DNA of 64,000 nt from Mesorhizobium sp. Lineage in GTDB: Bacteria; Pseudomonadota; Alphaproteobacteria; Rhizobiales; Rhizobiaceae. The notes beneath the pieces are model-generated. The model was not told the DNA's origin and ran no database searches. It saw nothing but the letters and a program-made list of their open reading frames with translations. Of the stretch, positions 35,355 through 44,564 are shown piece by piece. The translations under genes were made by a program, and so were the position numbers. The stretch covers positions 24,458 to 88,457 of the forward strand of contig JAFKID010000012.1 of the NCBI GenBank assembly GCA_017306545.1, written 5' to 3'. Every line of letters starts with the position of its first letter. Position 1 is the stretch's first letter.

Positions 35355-37259
35355 CTACTTGCCGAAACGGGCGACCGAGATGAACTTGACGGCGGAGCCG
35401 GTGAAGCGGTTGGCCTGCGCCATCTGGTCCTCGCTGGTGAAGCCGGTCGTATAGACCTCGACCGGCGCCGTGCGCACGAGGTTGTAAGCCAGCCGCGGCG
35501 CCGCCTTGTCCTGGCCCGCCTTGGCGGCGGCTTCGTCGCCGTCGAGCGCCCAGCGCGCCAGCTTCGGCGCCGCCGGAACCACGACCGTCTTCGGGCCGGG
35601 CTTGATGTCCCCGGCGCCGGCACGGTTTTCCTTGGGGGTCGTCTTCACGCTGCCGCCAAACGCCGCGACCGGATCGGAGCCGGCGGGCCGGCCCGCGACG
35701 ACGGCGCGCGGCGAGGCCGCATCGACGCCGGCGGGATCGCTGAACGCCGAACGCGGAGCGGTCGAAAGCGAGGCGACCCGATAGTCGTCAGTCGAAACCC
35801 GGTCGAGCACCGCCTTGATCGGGTCGGGGCGCGGCGACGGCATCGCAGCAAGCGCCTGGCTGGCGTCGTTGTCGCGCACATCGGCGCTGGCAAGAGCCAT
35901 CAGCACCGCCTGCTGGTTGCCGCCCTGCGGCAGCGCCGGTGCGGGCGCCTCGGGACGCCAGGTCGGCAGCGGCACGTTGGCCGCGGCGGCCTGTTCGGTC
36001 GCCGCAACCGCCTGTGCCGGATCGCCGGCGGAAGCATCGGCCGTACCGAACGGCATGCTGTCGGGCGTCGGCGCGGCCGAAGCCACCTGGACCGGCTGGA
36101 CGTCGACGCTCGGGCGCGGCGCCGAGGCGTCGGCCATGCCGAACGGAACGATTTCGGGCGTTTCCCGGGTATCCGCCTGCGCAACGGCAACGGCGCCGAT
36201 ATCCGCCTTGGGGCGCGGCGCGAAGGCCGGCAACGGCACTTCACGCGCCGGCAGGGCGGCGATGATGGCTTCCGGCGTCTCCGGCTTTTCAGGCGCGGCC
36301 GCAGGCGTCTCGTCGGCCGCGTCCTCGACCATCGGGATGTCGGCGCGCTGCGCCTTGTCAGGCGACACGATGGCGATGCCCGGCGTGGCTTCCTTGGCAG
36401 CGGGCGCGGGCTTGACGGCCTTTCTCGGCGCCGGCGCCGCGGACGCGACATCGGCCTCGTCGTCCGCCTCGTCGGCGCCGCCGCCGAAGAAGGCCGACCA
36501 CAGATTGCCCGACTTGCGGGAGCTGCCGCCGGCGCTCGCCAGCTCGATGTTCGGCGTGCCGTTGGCCCGGCGCGACTTGTAGGCGGCCAGCGCCTGCTCG
36601 TAACCAGGCAGCGGCCGGCCGTCGGAAGGCACATGCAGCGTCTTGCCGTTCGGGAACACGCGCGCCAGTTCCTGGCGGCTGATGCCCGGCCAATGGCGCA
36701 CGTTGCCGACGTCCATATGGACGAAAGGCGAGCCCGAAGTCGGATAGTAGCCGACCCCGCCGCCCTGCATCTTGAGCCCGATGTCGCGCAACTTCTTCAG
36801 CGGCACGCCGGGAATGAAGAAGTCCATCGCCTTGCCGAGCACATGCTGGCTCTTCTCGGCGACGCCCCTCGAGCGGCTGCGCAGCATGGAATTGGTGGCC
36901 GGCGCGCGATAGCCGCAAATGACCTGGATATAGCCGGTCGAACCGCTTTCGCGGTACGCTTCCCAGACAAGATCCAGCAGCCGCGGGTCCATCTTGACCG
37001 TCTCGTTGCGGCGCCAGTCGCGCAGAATGTAGTTGATCTTCTTCAACCCGTCGGGGAGATAGCGGCCGTTGCGCTTGTAGACGATCTCGGCCTTCTCGTG
37101 CGTATGCAGGTGATAGAGCTTCAGCGAGCGCGTCTCGGCGCTGGCCGCGCCCGCCGTCGCCGCGATGAGCCCAAGGGCAAGCGCCGCTGCCGCCAGCCAT
37201 TTCGGCCAAGCGTTCGCCTTCGAGTGCGGCCCGTGTCTGAGTCGTTCGATTCTGTTCAA
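35355..37259 (-). CDS. DUF882 / peptidase M15A (YcbK/MepK-like) with about 430-aa Ala/Pro-rich extension
   Basis: 634 aa. Signal peptide, then a DUF882 core (LKLYHLHTHE...VICGYRAPATN...SQHVLGKAMDF...FVHMDVG), a long low-complexity region, and a conserved-looking C-terminal about 45 aa. TTG start. Confidence 0.85.
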   Translation of the reverse strand: MNRIERLRHGPHSKANAWPKWLAAAALALGLIAATAGAASAETRSLKLYHLHTHEKAEIVYKRNGRYLPDGLKKINYILRDWRRNETVKMDPRLLDLVWEAYRESGSTGYIQVICGYRAPATNSMLRSRSRGVAEKSQHVLGKAMDFFIPGVPLKKLRDIGLKMQGGGVGYYPTSGSPFVHMDVGNVRHWPGISRQELARVFPNGKTLHVPSDGRPLPGYEQALAAYKSRRANGTPNIELASAGGSSRKSGNLWSAFFGGGADEADDEADVASAAPAPRKAVKPAPAAKEATPGIAIVSPDKAQRADIPMVEDAADETPAAAPEKPETPEAIIAALPAREVPLPAFAPRPKADIGAVAVAQADTRETPEIVPFGMADASAPRPSVDVQPVQVASAAPTPDSMPFGTADASAGDPAQAVAATEQAAAANVPLPTWRPEAPAPALPQGGNQQAVLMALASADVRDNDASQALAAMPSPRPDPIKAVLDRVSTDDYRVASLSTAPRSAFSDPAGVDAASPRAVVAGRPAGSDPVAAFGGSVKTTPKENRAGAGDIKPGPKTVVVPAAPKLARWALDGDEAAAKAGQDKAAPRLAYNLVRTAPVEVYTTGFTSEDQMAQANRFTGSAVKFISVARFGK

Positions 37260-37563
37260 ATCAAATGGCCTTGCAGGCTGCCGTTTGTCCCCGGATTTGA
37301 CAAAACGGACGTGAGTACGTCCGAATATCGATCCTATTGGTTAATCATCGCTTATTGAAGCAAATTGCGCCAACACCATGGCCGCAACACGGCGAAAAAG
37401 CTACTCTGCCGCTCTTGGTAAACCGCTGGTTTAGATCACATTTCCCCGATTTTGTGAACACGAACCGTTACCGTTCGCCACAATGCGTGAGAAAAGCCGC
37501 TTCACAGGCGAATACCCGGAAAGCGCGGCAAACGGCGACAAAAAGGCTGAGATGCCGCGCCGA

Positions 37564-39093
37564 TCAGGACGCGAGTCGCTCGACCCGGCCCGCTTCCGGA
37601 TCGATGCCGTATTCCTTGAGCTTGCGGTAGAGCGTCGAACGGCCGATGCCGAGCCGCCGCGCCACCTCGCTCATCTGGCCGTTGTAGCGGTCGATGGCAA
37701 ATTTGATCATTTCCAGCTCGACCGCCGCGAGCGAGCGCACGTTGCCGCGCTCGTCGAGCGCGAGCAAGGTCCCGAAGCGCTGGGCGGCGACCGGTGACGG
37801 CTCCCGTTCCAAGGCGCCCTCGTCTTCCTCTCCCCCTTCGGCCGCACCGGCCGGTTCCGCCCAAGCCTGCCGGGGGCCCGCCGCCGCGTCGAGCTCCACC
37901 ACGCCCTCCACCTGGGCGCGGATCTGCGGGAACTCCTCCGGCGTCAGCACAGGCCTCTCGGCCAGCACCGAGGCCCGGTAGACCGCGTTTTCGAGCTGGC
38001 GGATGTTGCCCGGCCAGTCGTAGGCCGCGAGCATCGCCAGTGTCTCGCCGGTGATGCCGTCGATATGCCGGTGGGGATCGGCCGCGCCGACCCGTTCCAT
38101 GAAATGCCGGACCAGATACGGGATGTCGTCGCGCCGCTCGCGCAGCGGCGGCACATGAATCGGGTAGACGTTGAGGCGGTAGAACAGGTCCTCGCGAAAG
38201 GCGCCGTCCTTGACCCGTTGCAGAAGATCGCGATGCGTCGCCGAAATCAACCTGATATCGACCCTGACTGTGGCGCGTGCGCCGACCGGATCGACCTCGC
38301 CCTCCTGCACGGCACGCAACAGCTTGACCTGCACGTCGAGCGGCAGGTCGCCGATCTCGTCGAGAAAGAGCGTGCCGCCATGCGCCTCGACGAACTTGCC
38401 GGTGTGCTTGTCCGTCGCGCCGGTGAAGGAGCCCTTTTCGTGGCCGAACAGGATGGATTCGACCAGATTGTCGGGAATGGCGCCGCAGTTGACGGTGACG
38501 AAGGCCTTCGAGCGCCGCTCGCCCGCCCCCTGGATGGCGCGCGCCACCAATTCCTTGCCGACGCCGGATTCGCCTTCGATGAGGATAGGAATGTTCGAGG
38601 CCGCCGCCTTCTGGCCGAGCCGGATGACGCGGTCCATGGCGGGGCTTTGGGTAATCATGTCCTTGAAGGTGAGCGTGCCGCCGCCCCTGCGCGCGCCGCG
38701 CTTCACCTCGCCCTCGACCGCCTCCACCTTCAGCGCGTTGGCGATCGCCGTTTGCAGCCGGTCCGGCGAGGCCGGCTTGACGACGAAGTCGAAGGCGCCG
38801 TGGCGCATGGCCAGCACCACCGTCTCGATGCCGCCCTGCGCCGTCTGGACGATGACGGGCACGCGGATGTCGCGCTCGCGCATCGCCTTCAGCACGCCGA
38901 TGCCGTCGATATCCGGCATGGCAAGGTCGAGGATCATCACCGACACCGGCCGCGCGCCGGGGCCGTCGAGCGCCTTCAGCCCCGCCTCGCCACCTTCGGC
39001 GACGACGGCCGTGTGGCCGAAGCGCGTCACCGCCGCTTCCAGTAGGCGCCGCTGCACCGGATCGTCATCGACTATGAGGATGGAACCTGTCAT
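37564..39093 (-). CDS. sigma-54-dependent response regulator (NtrC family)
   Basis: 509 aa. Receiver domain (ILIVDDD...MILDLAMPDIDG), AAA+ domain with the GSFTGA loop, and a C-terminal Fis-type HTH (RRLGIGRSTLYRKLKEYGI). Confidence 0.9.
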   Translation of the reverse strand: MTGSILIVDDDPVQRRLLEAAVTRFGHTAVVAEGGEAGLKALDGPGARPVSVMILDLAMPDIDGIGVLKAMRERDIRVPVIVQTAQGGIETVVLAMRHGAFDFVVKPASPDRLQTAIANALKVEAVEGEVKRGARRGGGTLTFKDMITQSPAMDRVIRLGQKAAASNIPILIEGESGVGKELVARAIQGAGERRSKAFVTVNCGAIPDNLVESILFGHEKGSFTGATDKHTGKFVEAHGGTLFLDEIGDLPLDVQVKLLRAVQEGEVDPVGARATVRVDIRLISATHRDLLQRVKDGAFREDLFYRLNVYPIHVPPLRERRDDIPYLVRHFMERVGAADPHRHIDGITGETLAMLAAYDWPGNIRQLENAVYRASVLAERPVLTPEEFPQIRAQVEGVVELDAAAGPRQAWAEPAGAAEGGEEDEGALEREPSPVAAQRFGTLLALDERGNVRSLAAVELEMIKFAIDRYNGQMSEVARRLGIGRSTLYRKLKEYGIDPEAGRVERLAS

Positions 39094-39236
39094 CGGTTGT
39101 TCGATTTCTCAGGCCGCACGGCCCTTCCCTATGGATCATCCTGGCACAGGGTTCTAAATAAGCTTTCAAAAAAGCCGGTGAACGAATTGCATCGCATTTG
39201 ACCGGCTTCCGTCCCACACTCGCTGAAGGTACTGGC

Positions 39237-41072
39237 ATGAACATCATCTCGCGCCGCCCGCTTGCCGCGGCTTCGACGGCAAGCGGTTCGACCGCCTTTG
39301 GCGACCTGCCGGAATGGAACCTCGCCGACCTCTACAGCGGCATGGACGCCCCGGACCTGAAGCGCGACCTGGACAAGGCGGCGGCCGACGCCGTCGCTTT
39401 TGAGAGCCGCTGGAAGGGCACGCTCGCCGCCGAGGCCGGGCGCGGCAGCGAAGGCAGGCTGGGCGAGGCGCTCAAACAATACGAGGCACTTGAGGAATTG
39501 ATCGGCCGCATCGTCTCCTATGCCGGGCTGGTCTATTCCGGCAACACGGTCGATCCGCAGCGCGCCAAGCTCTACGGCGACGTGCAGGAGAAGATGACCG
39601 ATGCCAGCGCGCATCTCCTGTTCTTCGCACTGGAGTTGAACCTCGTCGACGACGCGGCGATCGAGGCCGCGCTCGACGCCGATCCCGCCTTCGACCACTA
39701 CCGGCCCTGGGTGCTCGATCTCAGGATGGACAAGCCTTTCCAGCTCGAAGACCGCATCGAGCAGCTTTTCCACGAAAAGTCCGTGACCGGGCGCGGCGCC
39801 TGGAACCGCCTGTTCGACGAGACGATGGCGGACCTGCGCTTTACCGTCGACGGCGAGGACCTGACGCTGGAGCCGACGCTGAACCGCTTGCAGGACGCCG
39901 ACGGAGAAGTGCGACGCAAGGCATCGGAAGCGCTGGCGGCCACCTTCTCGAAGAACCTGCGCACCTTCACGCTGATCACCAACACGCTGGCCAAGGACAA
40001 GGAGATTTCCGACCGCTGGCGCGGCTTCCAGGACATCGCCGATTCCCGCCACCTCGCCAACCGGGTGGAGCGCGGCGTCGTGGATGCGTTGGCCGCCGCC
40101 GTTCGCGAAGCCTATCCGCGCCTCTCGCACCGCTACTATGCCATGAAGGCGCGCTGGCTCGGCATGGACGTCATGAACAGTTGGGACCGCAACGCGCCCC
40201 TGCCCGAAACGCCGAAGGCGACGATCGCATGGAACGACGCGAAAAGCACGGTTCTGTCGGCCTACCACCGCTTCTCGCCGCAGATGGCCGACATCGCTCG
40301 GCAGTTCTTCGACAGGAACTGGATCGACGCGCCGGTGCGGCCCGGCAAGTCGCCCGGCGCCTTCGCGCACCCGACCGTTCCGTCAGTGCACCCTTACGTT
40401 CTGCTCAACTACATGGGCAAGCCGCGCGACGTCATGACGCTGGCGCACGAACTCGGCCACGGCGTGCATCAGGTTCTGGCCGGCGGACAAGGCGCGCTGA
40501 TGGCCTCCACGCCGCTGACGCTGGCCGAAACGGCCTCCGTCTTCGGCGAGATGCTGACCTTCCGCTCGCTGCTCGACGCCACCGCCGACAAGCGCGAACG
40601 CAAGGCCATGCTCGCCCAGAAGGTCGAGGACATGATCAACACGGTCGTGCGCCAGATCGCCTTCTACGAATTCGAGCGCAAGGTGCATACCGAGCGCAGG
40701 AACGGCGAACTGACATCCGACAAGCTCGGGCAGTTCTGGCTGGAGGTGCAGGCCGAAAGCCTCGGTCCCGCGATCAGGCTGCGCGAAGGCTACGAGACGT
40801 TTTGGACCTACATTCCGCACTTCATCCACTCGCCCTTCTACGTCTATGCCTACGCCTTCGGCGACTGCCTGGTGAATTCGCTCTATGCGGTCTACCGGGG
40901 CTCCGAGCGCGGCTTCCAGGAGAAGTATTTCGACATGCTGAAGGCCGGCGGCACCAAGCACCACTCGGAACTCCTGAAGCCCTTCGGCTTGGACGCCACC
41001 GATCCGTCCTTCTGGCAGATCGGCCTCGGCGTCATTTCCGGGCTGATCGACGAACTGGAAGCGCTGGATTGA
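39237..41072 (+). CDS. pepF: oligoendopeptidase F (M3B)
   Basis: 611 aa with HELGHGVH zinc motif. An alternative TTG start lies at 39198. Confidence 0.9.
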   Translation: MNIISRRPLAAASTASGSTAFGDLPEWNLADLYSGMDAPDLKRDLDKAAADAVAFESRWKGTLAAEAGRGSEGRLGEALKQYEALEELIGRIVSYAGLVYSGNTVDPQRAKLYGDVQEKMTDASAHLLFFALELNLVDDAAIEAALDADPAFDHYRPWVLDLRMDKPFQLEDRIEQLFHEKSVTGRGAWNRLFDETMADLRFTVDGEDLTLEPTLNRLQDADGEVRRKASEALAATFSKNLRTFTLITNTLAKDKEISDRWRGFQDIADSRHLANRVERGVVDALAAAVREAYPRLSHRYYAMKARWLGMDVMNSWDRNAPLPETPKATIAWNDAKSTVLSAYHRFSPQMADIARQFFDRNWIDAPVRPGKSPGAFAHPTVPSVHPYVLLNYMGKPRDVMTLAHELGHGVHQVLAGGQGALMASTPLTLAETASVFGEMLTFRSLLDATADKRERKAMLAQKVEDMINTVVRQIAFYEFERKVHTERRNGELTSDKLGQFWLEVQAESLGPAIRLREGYETFWTYIPHFIHSPFYVYAYAFGDCLVNSLYAVYRGSERGFQEKYFDMLKAGGTKHHSELLKPFGLDATDPSFWQIGLGVISGLIDELEALD

Positions 41073-41114
41073 TTTTGGCCCGAGCGTCGGCACCTAACTT
41101 TGAATCGTGCGGCC

Positions 41115-42284
41115 ATGCCGGCGCCTGACGCACGGTTCATCCTCTTCCGCGACGATTTCTCCGGCGACGAAGTGCTCTTCGACCAGCCCTCCAGGATCAT
41201 CGTGGCGGACGAGGCCGACGACTTCTTCCCAGCCCTGGAGGAAGCACAACGCGCGCATGAGGCCGGGAAATGGCTCGCCGGCTATTTTTCCTACGAGGCC
41301 GGCTACCTTCTGGAGCCGAAACTCGCCGGCATCATACCCGCGAAACGCGACACGCCGCTGATGGTGCTCGGCGTCTTCGACGGCCCGTCCGATACCCCGA
41401 GGCCCGCCGATCGCCGGGCGGCCACCAACGGTCCGATCCATGGCGTGCGCGCCACCTGGTCGTTCGAGGACTATCGCCGGCGCTTCGAAACGCTGCACCG
41501 GCATCTCAGGCAGGGCGACTGCTACCAGGGCAACCTGACCTTTCCGGTCGAGGCCGAATGGAGCGGCGATCCGCTGGCCGGTTTCGATGCGCTGGCCGTG
41601 CGGCAGAAGGTGAAATACGGCGCGCTGGTCGATCTCGGTGGCCCGGTCATCCTGTCGCGCTCCCCCGAACTGTTCTTCGAGGTCGACGCCGACGGCTGGA
41701 TCGAGACGCACCCGATGAAGGGCACCGCCCCGCGCGGCGCCACGCCCGAGGAAGACGAGAAACTGAGGGAATTCCTGCGCAACGACCCGAAGAACCAGGC
41801 GGAAAACCGCATGATCGTCGACCTGTTGCGCAACGACATCTCGCTGATCTCGGAAGTCGGCTCGCTCGGCGTGCCGGAACTGTTCCGCATCGAAAGCTTC
41901 GCCACCGTGCATCAGATGGTGAGCCGGGTCCGGGCGAAGCTTCTGCCGGGCCTCACCATCCGGCAAATTTTCGCAGCGCTTTTCCCCTGCGGCTCGATCA
42001 CCGGCGCGCCGAAAATCCGCGCCATGGAAATCCTGCGCGAACTGGAAGGCACCCCCCGCAACGCCTATTGCGGTTCCATCGGCTGGATCGCGCCGGACGG
42101 GCGCATGCGCTTCAACGTCGCCATCCGCACGATCACCCTCTTCGCTGACGGCAGGGCGGTCTACAATGTCGGCGGCGGCGTCGTCTTCGATTCCACGGCG
42201 CAAGAGGAGTATGCCGAATGCCTGCTGAAGGCGCGCTACGCCACGGGACAGGCCCCGACAGCGGACAACCCGACTTCGAACTGA
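41115..42284 (+). CDS. pabB: aminodeoxychorismate synthase component I
   Basis: Chorismate-binding motifs (THPMKGTAPRG, NRMIVDLLRND, PCGSITGAPKIRAMEI, VGGGVVFDS). An alternative TTG start lies at 41100. Confidence 0.85.
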   Translation: MPAPDARFILFRDDFSGDEVLFDQPSRIIVADEADDFFPALEEAQRAHEAGKWLAGYFSYEAGYLLEPKLAGIIPAKRDTPLMVLGVFDGPSDTPRPADRRAATNGPIHGVRATWSFEDYRRRFETLHRHLRQGDCYQGNLTFPVEAEWSGDPLAGFDALAVRQKVKYGALVDLGGPVILSRSPELFFEVDADGWIETHPMKGTAPRGATPEEDEKLREFLRNDPKNQAENRMIVDLLRNDISLISEVGSLGVPELFRIESFATVHQMVSRVRAKLLPGLTIRQIFAALFPCGSITGAPKIRAMEILRELEGTPRNAYCGSIGWIAPDGRMRFNVAIRTITLFADGRAVYNVGGGVVFDSTAQEEYAECLLKARYATGQAPTADNPTSN

Positions 42285-42898
42285 TCGAGACGATGCGCTG
42301 GGAGCCGGACGCCGGCTTCCTGCGTTTCGAGCGGCATCTGGCGAGGCTCTACGCCTCGGCGGCCGAACTCGGCTTCGCCTGCGATCCGCAGCGCGTGGGC
42401 GAAGCCTTGTCGCATGCGGTCGCTCAATCCGGGGGCACACTGCGCGTCCGCCTCGCTTTGTCGCGCCACGGCGACGTGACGGCTTCGGCCCAGCCTTACG
42501 AACCGCTTGCGGTGGACAAGGTCTGGGCCCTGCGGCTCTCCCGCTCCCGGCTCGATTCGACCGATCCGCTGCTTCGCCACAAGACCAGTCGGCGGCAGGT
42601 CTACACCCATGCCCGCTCCGAATATCTGATCACCCAGGCCGACGAAGTGCTGCTCGCCAACGAGCGCGGCGAACTGTGCGAAGGCACCATCACCACCCTC
42701 TTCGCCGATTTCGGCGGGCCGGCGCTGGTCACGCCCCGCCTCGATTGCGGCCTGCTCGCAGGCGCGCTGCGCGCCGAAATGCTGGAGACCGGCAAGGCTG
42801 AGGAAGCCGTGTTTTCCTTCGACGACCTCAAGGCGGCGAAGGCCGTGTTCGTCGGCAACTCGCTGCGCGGCCTGATCCCGGCGCGGCTGGCGCATTGA
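42218..42898 (+). CDS. class IV aminotransferase family protein (aminodeoxychorismate lyase-like)
   Basis: 226 aa. The conserved DFELIETMRW N-terminal block requires a start upstream of the pabB stop, giving a 67-nt overlap. The start is uncertain. Confidence 0.68.
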   Translation: MPAEGALRHGTGPDSGQPDFELIETMRWEPDAGFLRFERHLARLYASAAELGFACDPQRVGEALSHAVAQSGGTLRVRLALSRHGDVTASAQPYEPLAVDKVWALRLSRSRLDSTDPLLRHKTSRRQVYTHARSEYLITQADEVLLANERGELCEGTITTLFADFGGPALVTPRLDCGLLAGALRAEMLETGKAEEAVFSFDDLKAAKAVFVGNSLRGLIPARLAH

Positions 42899-42955
42899 CC
42901 CCGAAGGGTCGCGCGAATACATTGTGTTCAAATGTGTTGGAATGAGGTTTCCGCC

Positions 42956-43246
42956 ATGTCGGACACGACCTTCTCGATCCGCATACCCGACGACCTGCGG
43001 CGGGAAGTGGACGCGCTGGCGAAAGCCAACAAGCGCTCCCGCTCCTTTCTCGTCAAGGAAGCGCTTCAGGCCTATGTCGACGAACAGAAAGCCTATCGCG
43101 ATGCCATTAAGGAAGCCATCAGGGAAGCCGATGAAACTGGCGAGTTTATTTCCTGGGGGGCGACCCAGCATTGGCTGAAATCCTGGGGAACAGACAACGA
43201 ATTGCCGCCACCTGAACCGGATATCTTTCTGAAGAAACAGAAATGA
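42956..43246 (+). CDS. ribbon-helix-helix (CopG/ParD-type) antitoxin
   Basis: 96 aa from MSDTTFSIRIPDDLRREVDALAKANKRSRSFLVKEAL. GAGG SD upstream. The stop overlaps the toxin start (ATGA). Confidence 0.8.
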   Translation: MSDTTFSIRIPDDLRREVDALAKANKRSRSFLVKEALQAYVDEQKAYRDAIKEAIREADETGEFISWGATQHWLKSWGTDNELPPPEPDIFLKKQK

Positions 43247-43530
43247 AAATCCGGCTGATGAAGGCGGCGATCAGGGATTTGCATGAGACCCGCGCCCATA
43301 TCGCCGCGGACGATCCGAAAGCTGCGATGCAGGTGTCGACGCGTCTGGAGAAGGCAATCATCTTGATCGCGGAAAAACCGAACATCGGGCGTCCTATTAC
43401 CGATCAAAGCCTTCGCGAATGGTCCGTGCCCGGTCTTCCATTCGTTATTCCATACCGGCTTTCCGGTGACACCATCGAGATTATCCGCGTCTTTCATACC
43501 AGCCGCCGCAGACCACCGACATGGCAATGA
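43243..43530 (+). CDS. RelE/ParE-family type II toxin
   Basis: 95 aa with the ParE-like pattern (AIRDLHETRAHIAADDPKAA...REWSVPGLPFVIPYRLSGDTIEIIRVFH). Confidence 0.8.
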   Translation: MKIRLMKAAIRDLHETRAHIAADDPKAAMQVSTRLEKAIILIAEKPNIGRPITDQSLREWSVPGLPFVIPYRLSGDTIEIIRVFHTSRRRPPTWQ

Positions 43531-44444
43531 TCATCCCAACTCACGCCCCCTATGACGGCTCCTCGAAACCCTTCACCATCGGGTTGAAGCCGCTCGACCT
43601 TGCGGACTGGATCGAGGTGGATGCCAGCCTCGCGACCCATCTCGCCGAAAAGCACCGGCTCTATGCCGAAATCCCCGAAAAAGTCTTCGTCGAGGAACCG
43701 CAAACCCGCCCGGCCCAGCAGGAAGTGCTGGATCTTCTGACTACCCATCTGCCAGCCCGCTATCCGGAAACCTACCGGGCGACGGAGAACGGCGTCGAGA
43801 TATTGGAGGCGCGACCCGTCCCGCCCCCTGCCCTCGACGCGCCGCTGGTCGCCGCCTCGCTGCTGGTGCAGGAGGACCTGATCCTGATGCGGCGCGGCGA
43901 CGACGGCTGGCGGCTGGCCGCCGGCTCGCTATGCTTTCCCTCGTCCTGGACGCTGACGGAAAAGTTCGGCAAGGCGCTGCACACCATCCACATTCCGGTG
44001 CCCGGCTTCGGCCCCGGCTCGCGGCCGGACGAACTGATCGCGCGCATGTTCGACGGCCTGCAAGGACAGGCGATGGAGCGCTTCAACTGGTCGATCCAGG
44101 CGGGCGATGCGCTCTATCATCCGCTGTCGAACATCCAGCGCGACGACCGCGCCACCACCCGTCCCTCGCGTTTCGCCGACGAGGGCGAGATCAACGCCGG
44201 CGCCTTCATCCGCGTCGAGCGGCAGACCTTGCGCAAGCTGCCAGTCTCGCGCGACGTGCTGTTCACCATCCGCATCCATCTCGATCCGCTGGCCGTACTG
44301 GCGCGGCATCCGGACAAGGCGAGGCTGGCGGCCTCCTTTGCCGCGCAATTGCTGGCGCTGGACACCGCCCAGCTTGACTATAAGGGCCTGACGGCCGACC
44401 GCGACCGGCTCGTCGCATGGCTGCAAGCGGCCACCGCGGACTAA
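43521..44444 (+). CDS. DUF3445 family protein (heme-dependent oxidative N-demethylase-like)
   Basis: 307 aa with LVQEDLILM...WRLAAGSLCFPSSW...RFNWSI motifs. An alternative ATG at 43527 would give an ATGA overlap with the toxin stop. Confidence 0.72.
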   Translation: MAMIIPTHAPYDGSSKPFTIGLKPLDLADWIEVDASLATHLAEKHRLYAEIPEKVFVEEPQTRPAQQEVLDLLTTHLPARYPETYRATENGVEILEARPVPPPALDAPLVAASLLVQEDLILMRRGDDGWRLAAGSLCFPSSWTLTEKFGKALHTIHIPVPGFGPGSRPDELIARMFDGLQGQAMERFNWSIQAGDALYHPLSNIQRDDRATTRPSRFADEGEINAGAFIRVERQTLRKLPVSRDVLFTIRIHLDPLAVLARHPDKARLAASFAAQLLALDTAQLDYKGLTADRDRLVAWLQAATAD

Positions 44445-44564
44445 CCGTCAGCCGGCGTAGATTCGCTTTCATCGAACCGGGCGTGTATGGGTGACGGCCG
44501 CAGCCGGGCGCCGTGTCCGGCCCTGCCGTAAAGTCTGCTTGTTCGAGAAGGAGTGCCCCGGAAA

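Noticed and set aside
39142-39158. Exact TGGCAC upstream of pepF, next to the sigma-54 regulator gene.
   Set aside because: The -12 element would read TCTAA and lacks the invariant GC, so this is not a credible sigma-54 promoter.
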